Positions 13,197 through 25,700 of a DNA stretch of 64,000 nucleotides are shown here, one piece after another. The notes beneath the pieces were generated by a model, which saw nothing but the letters and a program-made list of their open reading frames with translations, ran no database searches and had not been told where the DNA came from. Position numbers and translations under genes: made by a program. Origin of the DNA: Malacoraja senta. Its lineage: Eukaryota. Each line of letters opens with the position of its first letter. Positions within the stretch are counted from its first letter, which is position 1. The stretch covers positions 9,488,001 to 9,552,000 of the forward strand of contig CM075988.1 of NCBI GenBank assembly GCA_038087875.1. The letters are read 5' to 3'.

Positions 13197-13538
13197 TAAA
13201 TTAAAGTGTAGAGATACAACATGTTTAGAGTTTAGAGATACAACATGGAAACAGGCCCGTCGGATCACCGGGTCAGCACCAACCAGTGATCCCCGCACAT
13301 TAACACTATCCTACACAAGGGACAATTTTAAAATGTACACCAAACCAATTAACCTACAAACCTGTACGTCTTTGGATTGTGGGAGGAAACTGGAGCACCC
13401 GGAGAAAACCCACGCAGGTCATGGGGAGAACATACAAACTCCGTACAGACAAGCACCTGTAGTCAGGATCGAACCCGGGTCTCTACTGTTGTAAGCGTTG
13501 TATGGCAGCAACTCTACCGCTGTGCCACCGTCTCGCCC
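13197..13538 (-). mobile_element. HE1-like V-SINE, inverted relative to its neighbour
   Basis: Full reverse-complement copy, tail-to-tail with 12858-13165. Confidence 0.85.
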
Positions 13539-13899
13539 CATTTTCATATTTTCATATTTCCATTTATGTCATTCTGAGTCCATGTATTTAACGGGTAGAA
13601 ACTTCTATCCAAGGTATTAAGAAGCCAACTGTGTTCTTGAATGGTCTTATTTTCAGAACTAACACTCAAGGTACATCTTACATCTTGCTGTCAAACACGA
13701 AAAATGATTTTACAAATTGTAAACACAATTTAGAGAACCACTATTTATCTACGGATGAAACAACAGGTGATGATATGTTTATAACATCTTTATGTGTACA
13801 GAATGTACTGACCAGAACATGTAAACTCATCCCTATCCTGTTAGCAATGAGTTTGCATTTTATTCTGTTACACCTTGGAGCAAATGAACACACAGATGC

Positions 13900-14022
13900 A
13901 GAGACAAGGAACTGCAGATGATGGTTTGCACAAAAGGACACAAAGTGCTGGAGTAACTCAGCAGATCAAGCAGCATCTCTGGACAACATGGATGGGTGAC
14001 GTTTTGGGTTGGGACCCTTCTT
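13900..14022 (-). mobile_element. Short hammerhead-motif (Penelope-like) element
   Basis: ggaactgcagatg...gctggagtaactcagc...gggtgacgttttgggttgggacccttc. Confidence 0.7.
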
Positions 14023-14479
14023 TTTCTGAGCTTTTACTCTTTGCTTGAATGATTATGCTTTTTATGATATATACTGAGCTGGAAACTATTTTGTGTTTTT
14101 CAATGTTCTTGCTGTATGTTCCATCTGGGGAATTTTGATGCTACAATGCATTACTGGTGAAAACACTGTATAATCTGTTCAATTTTCAAAGTCTGTGAGA
14201 TTCTACCTGGAGTTCAGCACCAGGTACGATATTAACCACGGAAGATGCAAGAATATTACATCATTCCATGAACAATAGCTTCAGTAACTCACATTGAGAC
14301 AGGCTCAAAACCTTTTGAAATAGCATGAGGCACTGACAGGTATCATGGTTTTAATATCATTCATTTATTGCAGCTGCAATATTTAAGTGGTTCTGGCCAC
14401 ATCTCCCTGACATCTTCATATGGGCCTCTTCAATTAGTGAGACATCTGATGAATGACTCGAAACAGCTCTCGTCTAATA

Positions 14480-14594
14480 CGTCGGAAGGAATTACAGATG
14501 CTGGTTTGAAAAGGAATAGGTGACATCAACTATTCTGTTTCTCTAGAGATGCTGCCTGACCCGCTGAGTTACTCCAGCTTTTTGTGTCTATCTT
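14480..14594. mobile_element. Palindromic Penelope-like element, centre deleted, TSD-flanked
   Basis: Direct repeat agctct(c/a)gtctaat at 14465-14478 and 14595-14608. Confidence 0.7.
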
Positions 14595-14669
14595 AGCTCT
14601 AGTCTAATGCCCGCTGCTCAGGCTGAGCGAGATCAGTCTGAATAAGTTATCTGTGGTTCACAAATGAAG

Positions 14670-14887
14670 GGGCAGCTCAGTGGCACAGCGTTAGTGTTGC
14701 TGCCTTACAGCACAAGGGACCCAGGTTCAATCCTGACTACAGGTGCTGTAGGTCCAGATTGGTAAAGATCGTAAATTGTCTCTAGTTTGTCGGATAGTGA
14801 TTGTGTATGGGGATCGCTGGTCGGCACGGACTTTGTGGGCCGAAAGGCTGTTTCCATACAATATCTCCAAAATAAATTAAACTAAAT
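14670..14887 (+). mobile_element. HE1-like SINE with internal deletion
   Basis: Head and tail present, V-domain missing. Confidence 0.7.
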
Positions 14888-15025
14888 TATCATTGTCTGT
14901 GCATGAACAACCCAAAATGCCATTACGTTGTACTGGTATTGTGATTAAATGCTTTGCCCCAGCTACACCTGCATTCATTGTTTGGAGAATCCTATGCAGC
15001 ACAGAACAGGGCTCCCATTTCTCTG

Positions 15026-15830
15026 ATTAGATTAAATTAGATTAGATTTTATTACTTGTCATTTGAACCTGAGAGGCTCAAACGAAACTCCGTTTCCACA
15101 GTCATACAAACAAAACAATTCCTACAAGACACACAACCAATTCAATTTACAGAAAAACATGCATCACAGTGAATCTCCTCCTCACTGTGATGGAAGGCAA
15201 AGTCTTTTCTCTCCCCTGCACAATTTCTCTCCCGATGTTGAAGCCCCAGGCGGGCGATGGTAAGTCCCACGGCCGTTGAGGCAGCGCCGGGCGATGTACG
15301 GCACCGCTCCAGTCCAAAAGTCACAAAGTTGGAGACCCCGGCGAGCGCTGGAATGTCCCGCGGCCATTAAAGCCGCGCTGGGTGATGTCCGGCCCCGCTC
15401 CGGGTCGTTCCAACCCCGCGACTCGAGCTGGAGAAGTTGCGTAGCGGGAGCTCCGGAAAGCGGTCTCTCACCTGGACCCGCGAGCTCCCGATGTCCCAGT
15501 CCACCGGTCTGCAGCTGGAGCCTCCGAGCTCCGGAGTGAGCAGCGAGCCACCCCCGCTCCCCGCGCTCCGAGGCCAGCCAGCCCCACGATGGTGAGTCCG
15601 CAGCTCCGCAGGCTCCGCGACTGGAGCCCCCAGGTCGTCCCGGTTGGAGGCCGCTCCACAGAGCAAGGCCCCAACGACAACGGAGACCCGACAGGGAAAA
15701 GGTTGGGTCTCCCGTGCAGGGAAGAGATTTTAAAAGTTCCCCCCTCTGCCCCACACATATACACAATTAAAACAGTACAAAAAAACCCACAAACAACTAC
15801 ATTTAACTAGTCAAAAAATTTAAGTCAAGA
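15026..15830 (-). mobile_element. GC-rich non-autonomous retroelement related to family X
   Basis: ctcactgtgatggaaggcaaagtc shared with 1535-1561 and 55080-55103; CpG-rich core; (attag)n tail. Confidence 0.6.
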
Positions 15831-15834
15831 ATCA

Positions 15835-16692
15835 AGAGTCAAGATTGTTTGATTTTCATCAGTACCAACAATGGAAGGATGAAATTCTTACTTGTTACAG
15901 CTTAACAGGCCTATAAATGCAATAACACACAGATAATATCTAATAATCAAAGTTACAATAAATTAATACAACCTGGCATTCATAATAGTGCAAAAACAAA
16001 CAAAGTGCAATCAAAGACAGTTCATAAAAGATCATGGTTGCTGAGGTTAGTGTTGTGCAGCGTTCCAGAGCCTAGGTCAAAGTCAAAGTCAATTTTATTC
16101 GTTACATGCACCCAAAGGTGCAGTGAAATGAATTTGCCAGCAGCGATACACTTAAAAAGAACACACAATACACAATAAGATTTTGCTGCTAAGGAGCATT
16201 CTTGCACCTGATGGTCATGGTTTTGAGGCTCCTGTACCTTTCTTCCTTATGTTGGTAGTGAAATGACAGCTTGACTAAGCTGGTGTGGGTCTTTGATGAA
16301 GACAACACCACGCATAGATCCCTTTGATGGTGGGTAGGTCAGTACTTGTGATGGACCAGGCAGTAACATTTTACCACTCTCTGTAGGTAGACAAAAATGC
16401 TGGAGAAACTCAGCAGGTGAGGCAGCATCTATGGAGCGAAGGAATAGGCAACGTTTCGGGTAGAGACCCTTCCTCAGACTGAAGAAGGGTCTCGACCCGA
16501 AAAGTCACCTATTCCTTCGCTCCATAGATGCTGCCTCACCCGCTGAGTTTCTCCAGCATTTTTGACTACCTTTGATTTTTCCAGCATCTGCAGTTCTTTC
16601 TTAACTACTCTCTGTAGTCTCCTTCATACATGGGCGATCGAATTGCTGAACCAGGCTGTGATGCAACCAGCCAGTATGCTCTCTACTGTACA
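15835..16692 (-). mobile_element. Rex1/Babar-type LINE 3' fragment with nested insertions
   Basis: Minus strand TVESILAGCITAWFSNS...RRLQRVV resembles the Rex1/Babar ORF C-terminus; (tcaagag)-like tail. Confidence 0.7.
16387..16603. mobile_element. Palindromic hammerhead-motif (Penelope-like) element with TSD
   Basis: ~90-bp inverted arms centred on tcagactga (~16474-16482); TSD actctctgtag at 16376-16386 and 16607-16617. Confidence 0.85.
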
Positions 16693-16904
16693 TTTTCAAG
16701 GCTACTAAATGTTACAAATGCTTCTGGTAGATTGAATCTGAACAAAATGTTTTCATGGTATTTCTAAATAAGCAATTTATCTATCCAAGAGCATGCATTA
16801 GATTGATTAAACTGGTACAGAATACAGTGTGTCTTCAATACAATGTATTTTCAGCCCATTATCTCACTGGCAGCAACAGCTAATATGTATTATATTGGGC
16901 ACTT

Positions 16905-19900
16905 AGAGTCATAGAGTGATACAGTGTGGAAACAGACCCTTCGGCCCAACTTGCCCACACCGCCCAACAATGTCCCAGCTACACTAGTCCCACTTGCCTG
17001 CACTTGGTCCATATCCCTCCAAACCTGTCCTGTCCATGTACCTGTCTAATTTTTTCTTAAACGATGGGATAGTCCCAGACTCAACTATCTCCTCTGGCAG
17101 CTTGTTCCATACACCCACCACCCTTTGTGTGAAAAAGTTACCCCTCGGATTCCTATTAAATCTTTTCTGCTTCACCTTGAACCTATGTCCTCTGGTCCTC
17201 GATTCCCCTACTTTGGGAAAAGACTCTGTGCATCTATCCGATCTATTCCTCTCATGATTTTGTACACCTCTATAAGATCTCCCCACATCATCCTGCGCTC
17301 CATGGAATAGAGACCCAGCCTACTCAACCTCCTCCTACAGCTCACACCCTCTAGTCCTGGCAACATCCTCGTAAATCTTTTCTGAACTCTTTCAAGCTTG
17401 ACAATATCTTTCGTACAACATGGTGCCCAGAACTGAACACAATATTCTAAATGCGGTCTGACCAACGTCTTATACAACTGCAACATGACCTCTTAACTTC
17501 TATACTCAATACTCTGACTGATGAGGGCTAAAAGTGCCAAAAGCCTTTTTGACCACCTTATCTACCTGCAACTTGACCTTCAAGGAACCATGCACCTGTA
17601 CTCCTAGATCCCTCTGCTCTACAACACTACCCTGAGGCCTACCATTCGCTGTGTAGGTCCTGCCCTTGTTCGACGTCGCAAAATGCAACCCCTCACACTT
17701 CTCTGTATTAAATTCCATCAACCATTCCTCCGCCCACCTGGCCAATCGATCCATATCCTGCTGCAATAGTTCACAACCATCTTCACTATCTGCAAAACCA
17801 CCCACTTTTGTATCATCAGCAAACTTGCTAATCTTGCCCTGTATATTCTCATCCAAATCATTGATGTAGATGACAAACAGTAATGGGCCCAGTAACGAAC
17901 CCTGAGGCACACCACTAGTCACAGGCATCCAGTCTGAGAAGCAACCTTCCACCATTCCCCTATGCTTCCTTCCATGGAGCCTATTTGCTATCCATTCAGC
18001 TATCTCTCATTGGATCCCATGCGATCTAACCTTCCAAAGCAGCCTACCTTGCAGAACCTTGTCGAACACCCATGTACACAGCATCTACAGCTCTGCCCTC
18101 ATCAACCTTTTTGGTCACGTCTTCAAAATAATCAATCAGATTTGTGAGACATGACCTCCCACGTACCAAACCATGCTTACTATCCCTAAACAGCCCTTGC
18201 CCATCCAAATGCCTGTATATCCTATCCCTCAGAATACTCTCCAGTAACTTACCAACTACAGATGTTAAGTTCACCGGCCTATAGTTCCCAGCATTTTCCC
18301 TGCAGCCCTTCTTGAAAAGAGGTACAGCATTTGCCACTCACCAGTCTTTTGGCACCTCTCTTGTATTGAAGGACGACTCGTAAATTTCAATCAGGGCTCC
18401 CGCAATTTCCTCTCTAGTTTCCCACAATGTCCTCGGATATATCAGATCAGACCCTGGAGATTTGTCTACCTTCAAACAAGACAGTACTTTCAGTACTTCT
18501 TCAACCGTAATCCTGACTGCTCTCTAGACATTTCCAGTGACTGCTCCAATTTCCTCCATCCTACTGTCTTTCTCCTCAGTAAATACAGAGGATAAATACT
18601 CATTTAGGACCTTGACCATCTCCTGTGACTCCACACAGAGGTGAACACTTTGATTCCTGAGAGGTCCCATTCTCTCTCTAGTTACCCTTATCCCCCTTAT
18701 GTATTTATAAAATCTTTTAGGATTGTCCTTAATGCTACCTGCCAGAGCTATCTCCTGCCACTTTTTGCCCTTCTGATTTCCTTTTTTAGTTTACTCCTTA
18801 GTTCCCGAAACTCATCCAGGGGTGCACTTGATCCCAGCTGCCAAAACCTGTCCCATGCATCCTTCTTGTTTTTGATTAATATCTCAATTTCCCTCGTCAG
18901 CCAAGCTTCCTTACGTTTGCCTGCTTTGCCCTTCACTCAAACTGGGATGTACACATCCTGAACTTTCTTCAGCACACTTTTAAAAATGATGTCCTTTCCC
19001 CTCTAATAACCTGCTCCAGTCAACTTGAGCGAGACCTTCTCTCAAACCCTCAAAGTTGGCCTTACCCCAGTTGAGCATTTTAACCTCTCCATCCCGATCC
19101 ATAACTATCTTAAACCTAATTGAACTGTGGTCACTGGTCCCAAAAGGCTCCTCCACACACACTTCATTAACTTGCCCTTCCCAATTTCCCAATACTAGAT
19201 CCCTCTCACGTGTGGGGGCCTCCACATAGATAATAGACAATAGACAATAGACAATAGGTACAGGAGTAGGCCATTCGGTCCTTCGAGCCAGCACCACCAT
19301 TCACTGTGATCATGGCTGATCATCCACAATCGGTACCCCGTTCCTGCCTTCTCCCCATATCCCTTAACTCTGCTATCTTTAAGAGCTCTATCTAACTCTC
19401 TCTTGAAAGTATCCAGAGAATTGGCCTCCACTACCTTCAAAGGCAGAGAATTCCACAGATTCACAACTCTCTGGGTGAAAAAGTTTTTCCTCATCACCAT
19501 TCGAAATGGCTACCCCTTATTCTTAAACTGTGGCCCCTGGTTCTGGACTCCCCCAACATCGGGAACATGTTTCCTGCCTCTAGCGTGTCCAATCCTTTAA
19601 TAATCTTATATGTTTCAATAAGATGCCCTCTCATCCTTCTAAATTCCAGTGTATACAAGCCCAGTTGTTCCATTCTTTCAATATATGACAGTCCAGCCAT
19701 CCACATACTGCTTAAGAAAACTCTCCTGAACACTTTTGAGGAATTGCTACCCCATCTGAACCCTTCACGCTACGATTTTTCTAGTCTATATTGAAAAGTT
19801 AAAATCCCCTACTACAACAACCTTATTTGACATGCAGCTGTCTGCAATCTCCCGGCATATTTGTTCTTCTAATTCCTGTTGACTATTCGGGGGTCTGTAG

Positions 19901-20205
19901 CACACCCCCACAAGGTGATCATCCATTTCTTGTTCCTCAACTCCACCCATATAGCCTCACTAGATGAATCATCGGTTATGCCACCTCTGAACACAGCCAT
20001 GATATCCTTCTTAACCAACAATGCAACTCCCCCTCCTCTTTTTCCCTCACTCTATATTTACTCCCCTTTCTCATAATCACCCACCTTCGCTCTTCCTGTA
20101 TCCTTGGTGTGACAACCTCACTGAAGGTCTTGTCCAGGAAACTCTCGTTTTACCGTACGGCCCTGAGGTCATCCAGCTGCTGCTCCACTTCTTCAAAGAA
20201 TTTTA
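16905..20205 (-). mobile_element. CR1/HER1 LINE, long degenerate ORF2 (endonuclease to 3' tail)
   Basis: GTSDHSSIRF (EN end), [65 protein letters not shown]; frameshifts and stops. Confidence 0.92.
19229..19699 (-). mobile_element. Second CR1 3' fragment nested in the CR1 above
   Basis: (aatagac)n tail; GLYTLEFRRMRGHLIETYKI; TSD tccacata at 19221-19228 and 19700-19707. Confidence 0.88.
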
Positions 20206-20261
20206 AATGGATGATAATCTAGCCATTAAATTATATTTTATAAAAATGAATCATCGTTAAG

Positions 20262-20385
20262 AGTCAGTCTCAGTCGCAGTCTACCCCGTGACAGAAGCGG
20301 AAGGAGTTGTACAGTTTGATAGCCACAGGGAAGGATCTCCTGAGGTGTTCTGTCCTGCTTCTTGGTGGAAGAGTGCATTCATGGA
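20262..20385 (-). mobile_element. Rex1/Babar-type 3' fragment
   Basis: PPRSRTEHLRRSFPVAIKLYNS resembles the Rex1 ORF end; (gactga)-like tail. Confidence 0.65.
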
Positions 20386-20624
20386 GTGCATTTGAAATGC
20401 AAGACAGGGAATCGACCAGGAAGCAGAACATTTTAGATCTGACATTATGCAATGAGCAGAATAAATCAATAATCTTACAGGAAGAATTCCTGCAGGAAAT
20501 AGCCATCATAACTTGGTAGAAATCCAAATTCAGTTAGAGAGCAAGAAACCTGGATCTGAAACTAGTGTGCTATTAGTTATCGAGCGAATCTTCGATACGT
20601 CTCAATCATGCTTTTTTTATAGAT

Positions 20625-20965
20625 TAAAAAATGGGGCGGCACAATGCCAGATCTAAAATACCCTGCTCCCTGGGTGATTCCTCATGTTTTTGCTTGATAT
20701 ACGCTCAGTGAACTCATCGTCAAGGCCATCCTTATCAGCTTGGTTTGCACAATCCATATGATGATTAAAATCATTCATCGTTATTGCAATACCATAGTTA
20801 AATCCGTCACTATTCTTGGTTTACACTACTCTGTTCTATAGTGTAGATAATGTCAGTGGTCCTGTATACTTCTCCCACCCATGACCTTATCCTTACTATT
20901 GTTTTATTGTACCAAACTGATGCTATGGCTTGAGTAATGTCATTCCTCGCCACTGCAATAATCTC
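20625..20965 (-). mobile_element. Old CR1 endonuclease-region remnant
   Basis: Degenerate similarity to 19030-19230 and 19700-20040. Confidence 0.45.
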
Positions 20966-21064
20966 TTTACTTTACGGTGGACGGCTTGATTGAAATCATG
21001 TTTAGTCTTTTGCTGTCTGGTTTGCACGCACCAAAAAAGCTTTTCACTCTACCTCAGTACATGT

Positions 21065-22708
21065 TATTAACCCATAATTAAAAAATAAATTTTGAAATGT
21101 GTTCAATTTGTTCCCGTTTTCCGTTACTCCAAATATAATCATTTCCGTATTAGATTCCACTTTTATCTTGAATAATTTTGTAAATATTTCAAAAATATCA
21201 CTCCAGAATTTATAAAGTTTTATGCAGGAAACAAAAGAGTGTGTTATAGTTGCATTTTGGGATAAACATTTATCACAAATGGGGGAAGTATTTGGATAGA
21301 ATTTATTCAGTCTAGTTTTTGAATAATATAATCTATGTAAAATTTTAAATTGAATTAAATTATGTCTTACATTAATCGAACAATTGTGTGTATATATCAA
21401 ATACTTTTCCCATGTTTCATTCGTTATTTTTATCATTAATTCTCGTTCCCAATCTTCTCAAAGTGCCTCTGTCGATGGTGGTTCTATATTTAAAATACTA
21501 TTATGTAAGTATGATATTAATTTCTGCGAGTCAACCTTAATATTCATTGCTTCTTCCAGTGGGTCTAAAGTTATATTTTGACATCTTTGTATGTATTTCT
21601 TCAAGAAATCGCAGATCTGAAGATATTTAAAATATTGGTTATTTTTCAGTTTAAATTTTAATTATAATTGTTGGAATGATAACAGATCTCCCATTTCATG
21701 CACATCACCGATCCTTTTAATTCCCACTCTTTCCCATTGATTATATGTTTTATCAATAAGAGATGGTTTAAATGAAGGATTATTCACTATTGGCATTAAC
21801 AATGATAGGTTTCTTAATTTTAAAGATAATTTTATTTGTTTCCAAATTCTTATTGAATTATGTATAATTGGGTTATTCTTATATATTGTGTTGTTCAATT
21901 TTATCGGGGAGAAGAGGATCGCTCCTATGTTACAAGGAGAACAATCCTCTTTCTCCATTCTTATCCATTCTGTCTGTTGGGTAGGACTGTCCAACCAATA
22001 AATTATATTCTTAATATGCACTGCCCAATAATAATACAAAAAGTTTGGAAGTGAAAGTCCCCCAACGTCTTTTGGTTTGCACAAGTGTTTTCTTTGAATT
22101 CTATGTGATCTATAGTCCCAAATAAAATTGGTAATATTAGAGTCTAGTTTTTTGAAAAAGTGTTTTGGTATATATAATGGTATAGATTGAAATAGGTATA
22201 ATATTTGTGGTAAAAAGATCATTTTTATAACGTTTATTCTGCCTATTAATGACAACGGAAGTGTTTTCCAAAATTTAATCAACGCGTTCAGTTTATTTAA
22301 TAAAGGCATAAAATTAGCATTAAATAATGCTTTGTATTTTCTAGTAATTTGAATACCCAAATATTTAATTTTTTCTGTTGCAATTTTAAAGGGGAATTTT
22401 AATAGGTGTGTAGATTCTTGAGGTTTTAACGTCATGATTTCACTTTTATTCCAATTTATTCTATATCCAGAAAAAGAACCGAATTCCTCTATTAAATTTA
22501 ATAAGTTTGGTATGCTCGTTTGTGAATTTGTAATGTATAGAAGTATATCGTCTGCATATAATGAAATGTTATTATTTGAATCCTTAGTATTATATCCCTG
22601 AATATTCAGATGAATTCTTATACTTTCAGCCAAGGGCTCTATCATAAGGGCAAATAGCAGGGGTGATAAAGCACATCCCTCCCTTTTGCCCCTCGATAAT
22701 TGAAATTT
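21065..22708 (-). mobile_element. L1-clade LINE ORF2 internal fragment with 17-bp TSD
   Basis: QKGGCALSPLLFAL, ISLYADDILLY, FSGYRINWNKSE, GGLSLPN, C-terminal CDKC..H..C region; TSD tctacctcagtacatgt at 21048-21064 and 22709-22725. Confidence 0.92.
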
Positions 22709-23370
22709 TCTACCTCAGTACATGTGACAATAACAATAAACTAATCCAATTTATTAACAAAGTTACTCTATCTCCTTTTTCTTTTTTACTATTTTTCGAT
22801 GACACACAATGATACCAGACCATTCTCATTTATTTCCATATTGACTTAGCATTTATGTGGCATATTGGGGTTGGGAACCTCAGCAGCTGCATGGAGAGAA
22901 GAGGAGATTAGCAAGCTGACACAGTAGTTGAAGAGAAGGAAATTGGGAATAGGGGAGTACATGGTTGCGGGGAGTGGAAAGGGTTAGCTCTGACAAATGG
23001 GAAGACAATATAATGGAGGGAGTTAAGGGATGGTCAGAAGATGGGTCATTGGGAAGTCAATTACTTAGACTTGGGGGGGGATTGGTTTTGTATTTTTGCA
23101 CTATTATTGTTTGTTTGCTTTTATGTGTATGTATATGTGTGTATACAATATGTGAATAGTGTAACTAGACTAAGTGGGACCCGTTGGGTCCCAGCTTCAC
23201 ACGGGAGGGCTGGTTCCCCAATGCAATATTCCACCTCTCCACCAATTCAAATATTGCTGGCCAGTAGGGGGGGGGGGGCTTTCTGGAGCGCTAGTATGGG
23301 TGTTGTGGGTCGAAGGGACTGGTTTCCAGAGGGCTAGTATGGACATTGTGGGCCGAATGGTTATAGGGCT

Positions 23371-23548
23371 GGCAGCTCAGTCACTCAGGCCAGGCAGCTC
23401 AGTCACTCAGGCCAGACAGCTCAGTCACTCAGGCCAGGCAGCTCAGTCACTCAGGCCATGCAGCTCAGTCACTCAGGCCTGGAAGCTCAGTCACTCAGGC
23501 ATGGCAGGCTGGCAGCTCAGTAACTCAGGCCTGGTGGGCTGGCAGCTG
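23371..23548 (+). repeat. 22-bp minisatellite (ggcagctcagtcactcaggcca), ~7-8 copies; degenerate relatives at 23780-23950
   Basis: Direct reading. Confidence 0.9.
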
Positions 23549-24377
23549 AGAAACTGCCAGAAATTGTGCCGAAAACAGGTGACATACTGTGTGAGAGAGA
23601 AGGGGGAGAGGGTGGACAATCAATTTAAGATATTTTCATCTTTTTTTACAGATCACAGCAATGAAGGAGGAAAGTCTATCCTTGCGTGGATCTCTGGAGC
23701 GCTAGTATGGATGTTGTGCACTGAAGGGACTGGTTTCCAGAGGGCTAGTATGGACATTGTGGACTGAATGGATTCTTGGACTTGCAGTTCAGTGAGTCAT
23801 GGCTGGTGGGATGGCAGTTCAATAAGTCATTGCTGGTGGGCTGCCACTTCACTCACTTACAGCTGGTGGGCTGGCAATTCACTTACTCATGGCTGGTGGG
23901 CTGGCAGTCCAGTCACTCACGGCTGGTGTGGTGACAGTTCACTCAGTCACCCCTCCACCCTTCACCCCCCCCACTCTGCTCCTTGCCATTCCCCTCCCCC
24001 TCATGCATTCAGTCCATCTTCCCTCAACCCTCCCCCATGCACTCTTAGTGGCTCTCCGACAGTGCAGCTATTCCTTCGTATTAGGTTCCCATTATGATGA
24101 AGAACATGCAGGCATGGCCAGTGAAAAAACGATTTATTAAAGTTTAAAATGTGAATGACTCTTAATGAAATATGTGAATGAAATATAACAACAATTTAAA
24201 TGATAAAATGAGATTTATTAAGTTATTTCTTGTTGTGTCTCTTGTGTTCTGCTGCTCACAGCCTCTTGATGGCTCTTTGCGGTTGATATAAAAAAAAACT
24301 ATTTTAATATAGAGAGATTGAGCGGTCAAATTTTAACAAAGAAAATCTGAGAATTTACCTCAAATGTCATCATTCAG

Positions 24378-24730
24378 TGCAGGCTTGTAAATCCAATCTC
24401 ACAGCACTTGAAGCGTAGTGCAGGCCGCAAGTCCAACCTCACAGCAGGCCAAGCAGAGAGAAGGCCACAAGTCCAACCTCACAGCACTCCAAGCAGAGTG
24501 CAGGCCACAAGTCCAACCTCACAGCACTCCAAGCAGAGTGCAGGCAGCAAGTCCAACCTCACAGCACTCCAAGCGGCATGCAGGCAGCAAGTCCAACCTC
24601 ACAGCACCCCAAGCAGAGTGTAGGCAGCAATTCCAACCTCACAGCACTCCAAGCAGAGTGGAGGCTGCAAGTCCAACCTCACAGCACTGTCAGGTCAGCA
24701 AATCCAATTTCACAGCATTTCAAGCAGAGT
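24378..24730 (+). repeat. 40-bp minisatellite (gcaggcagcaagtccaacctcacagcactccaagcagagt), ~9 copies
   Basis: Direct reading; units are contiguous with no spacers. Confidence 0.9.
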
Positions 24731-25480
24731 GCACACACATACACTCACACACACACACAGACACTCACACACACACAGATGCTCACACTCACACACACAC
24801 ACACACTCATACACAGACACACAGATACACACACAAACACATACACACACACACATACACACAAACACAAAGACACACACACACTCACAAACACATACAC
24901 ACACTCACACACACAGACTGACACACTCACACAAACCCACACAGCCACAGACAGATACACTCACAGACAGACACAGACAGACACACACAGACAGACACAC
25001 TCACAGACAGACACTGACACAGATAGACACGCTCACAGACAGACACGCTCACAGACAGACACAGACGCAGACAGACACGCTCACAGACACAGACACAGAC
25101 ACACAGACATACAGACACAGACACACAAACACACAGACACAGACAGACACACAGACAGACAGACACATAGACAGATGCACAGACAGACACACAGACACAT
25201 GCACAGACAGACACACACACAGACAGACACACAGACAGACGCACAGACAGACACACAGACAGACACACGCACAGACAGACACACGCACAGACAGACACAC
25301 GCACAGACAGACACACGCACAGACAGACACACGCACAGACAGACACACGCACAGACAGACACACGCACAGACAGACACACGCACAGACAGACACACGCAC
25401 AGACACACGCACGCACAGACACACGCACAGACAGACACATACACTCACACACACACAAAGACACACTCACACACACACCA
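24731..25480 (+). repeat. Compound (CA)n/(GACA)n microsatellite with an 18-bp higher-order unit
   Basis: Direct reading; unit acagacagacacacgcac. Confidence 0.95.
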
Positions 25481-25700
25481 TACATATGGCAGTAAACTTT
25501 TTTGAATACACAAACGGCTGAGCGCAGTGTCTCCACTGTGGGCCTGCCGCAGTCAGCAACACTTCCGCATTCAGCATGACCTCTGCACTCACTGGAAATG
25601 ACGCAATCAGCGTGACCTGTCCACTAAGCGGAAATCACGAAATGAAGGGGACTTTTGCAGTAAACATGGTCGGACCTAATAAAGCGTTTATTCCTTCCAA

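Noticed and set aside
12858..13538. Large inverted repeat as a DNA transposon
   Set aside because: Two adjacent SINE copies in opposite orientation
15182..15810. GC-rich overlapping ORFs or a CpG-island promoter
   Set aside because: Lies in a dispersed repeat with relatives elsewhere in the window; open frames reflect GC content
24378..24730. 40-bp repeat array as a CRISPR
   Set aside because: Units are contiguous with no unique spacers, no cas genes are present, and the context is eukaryotic
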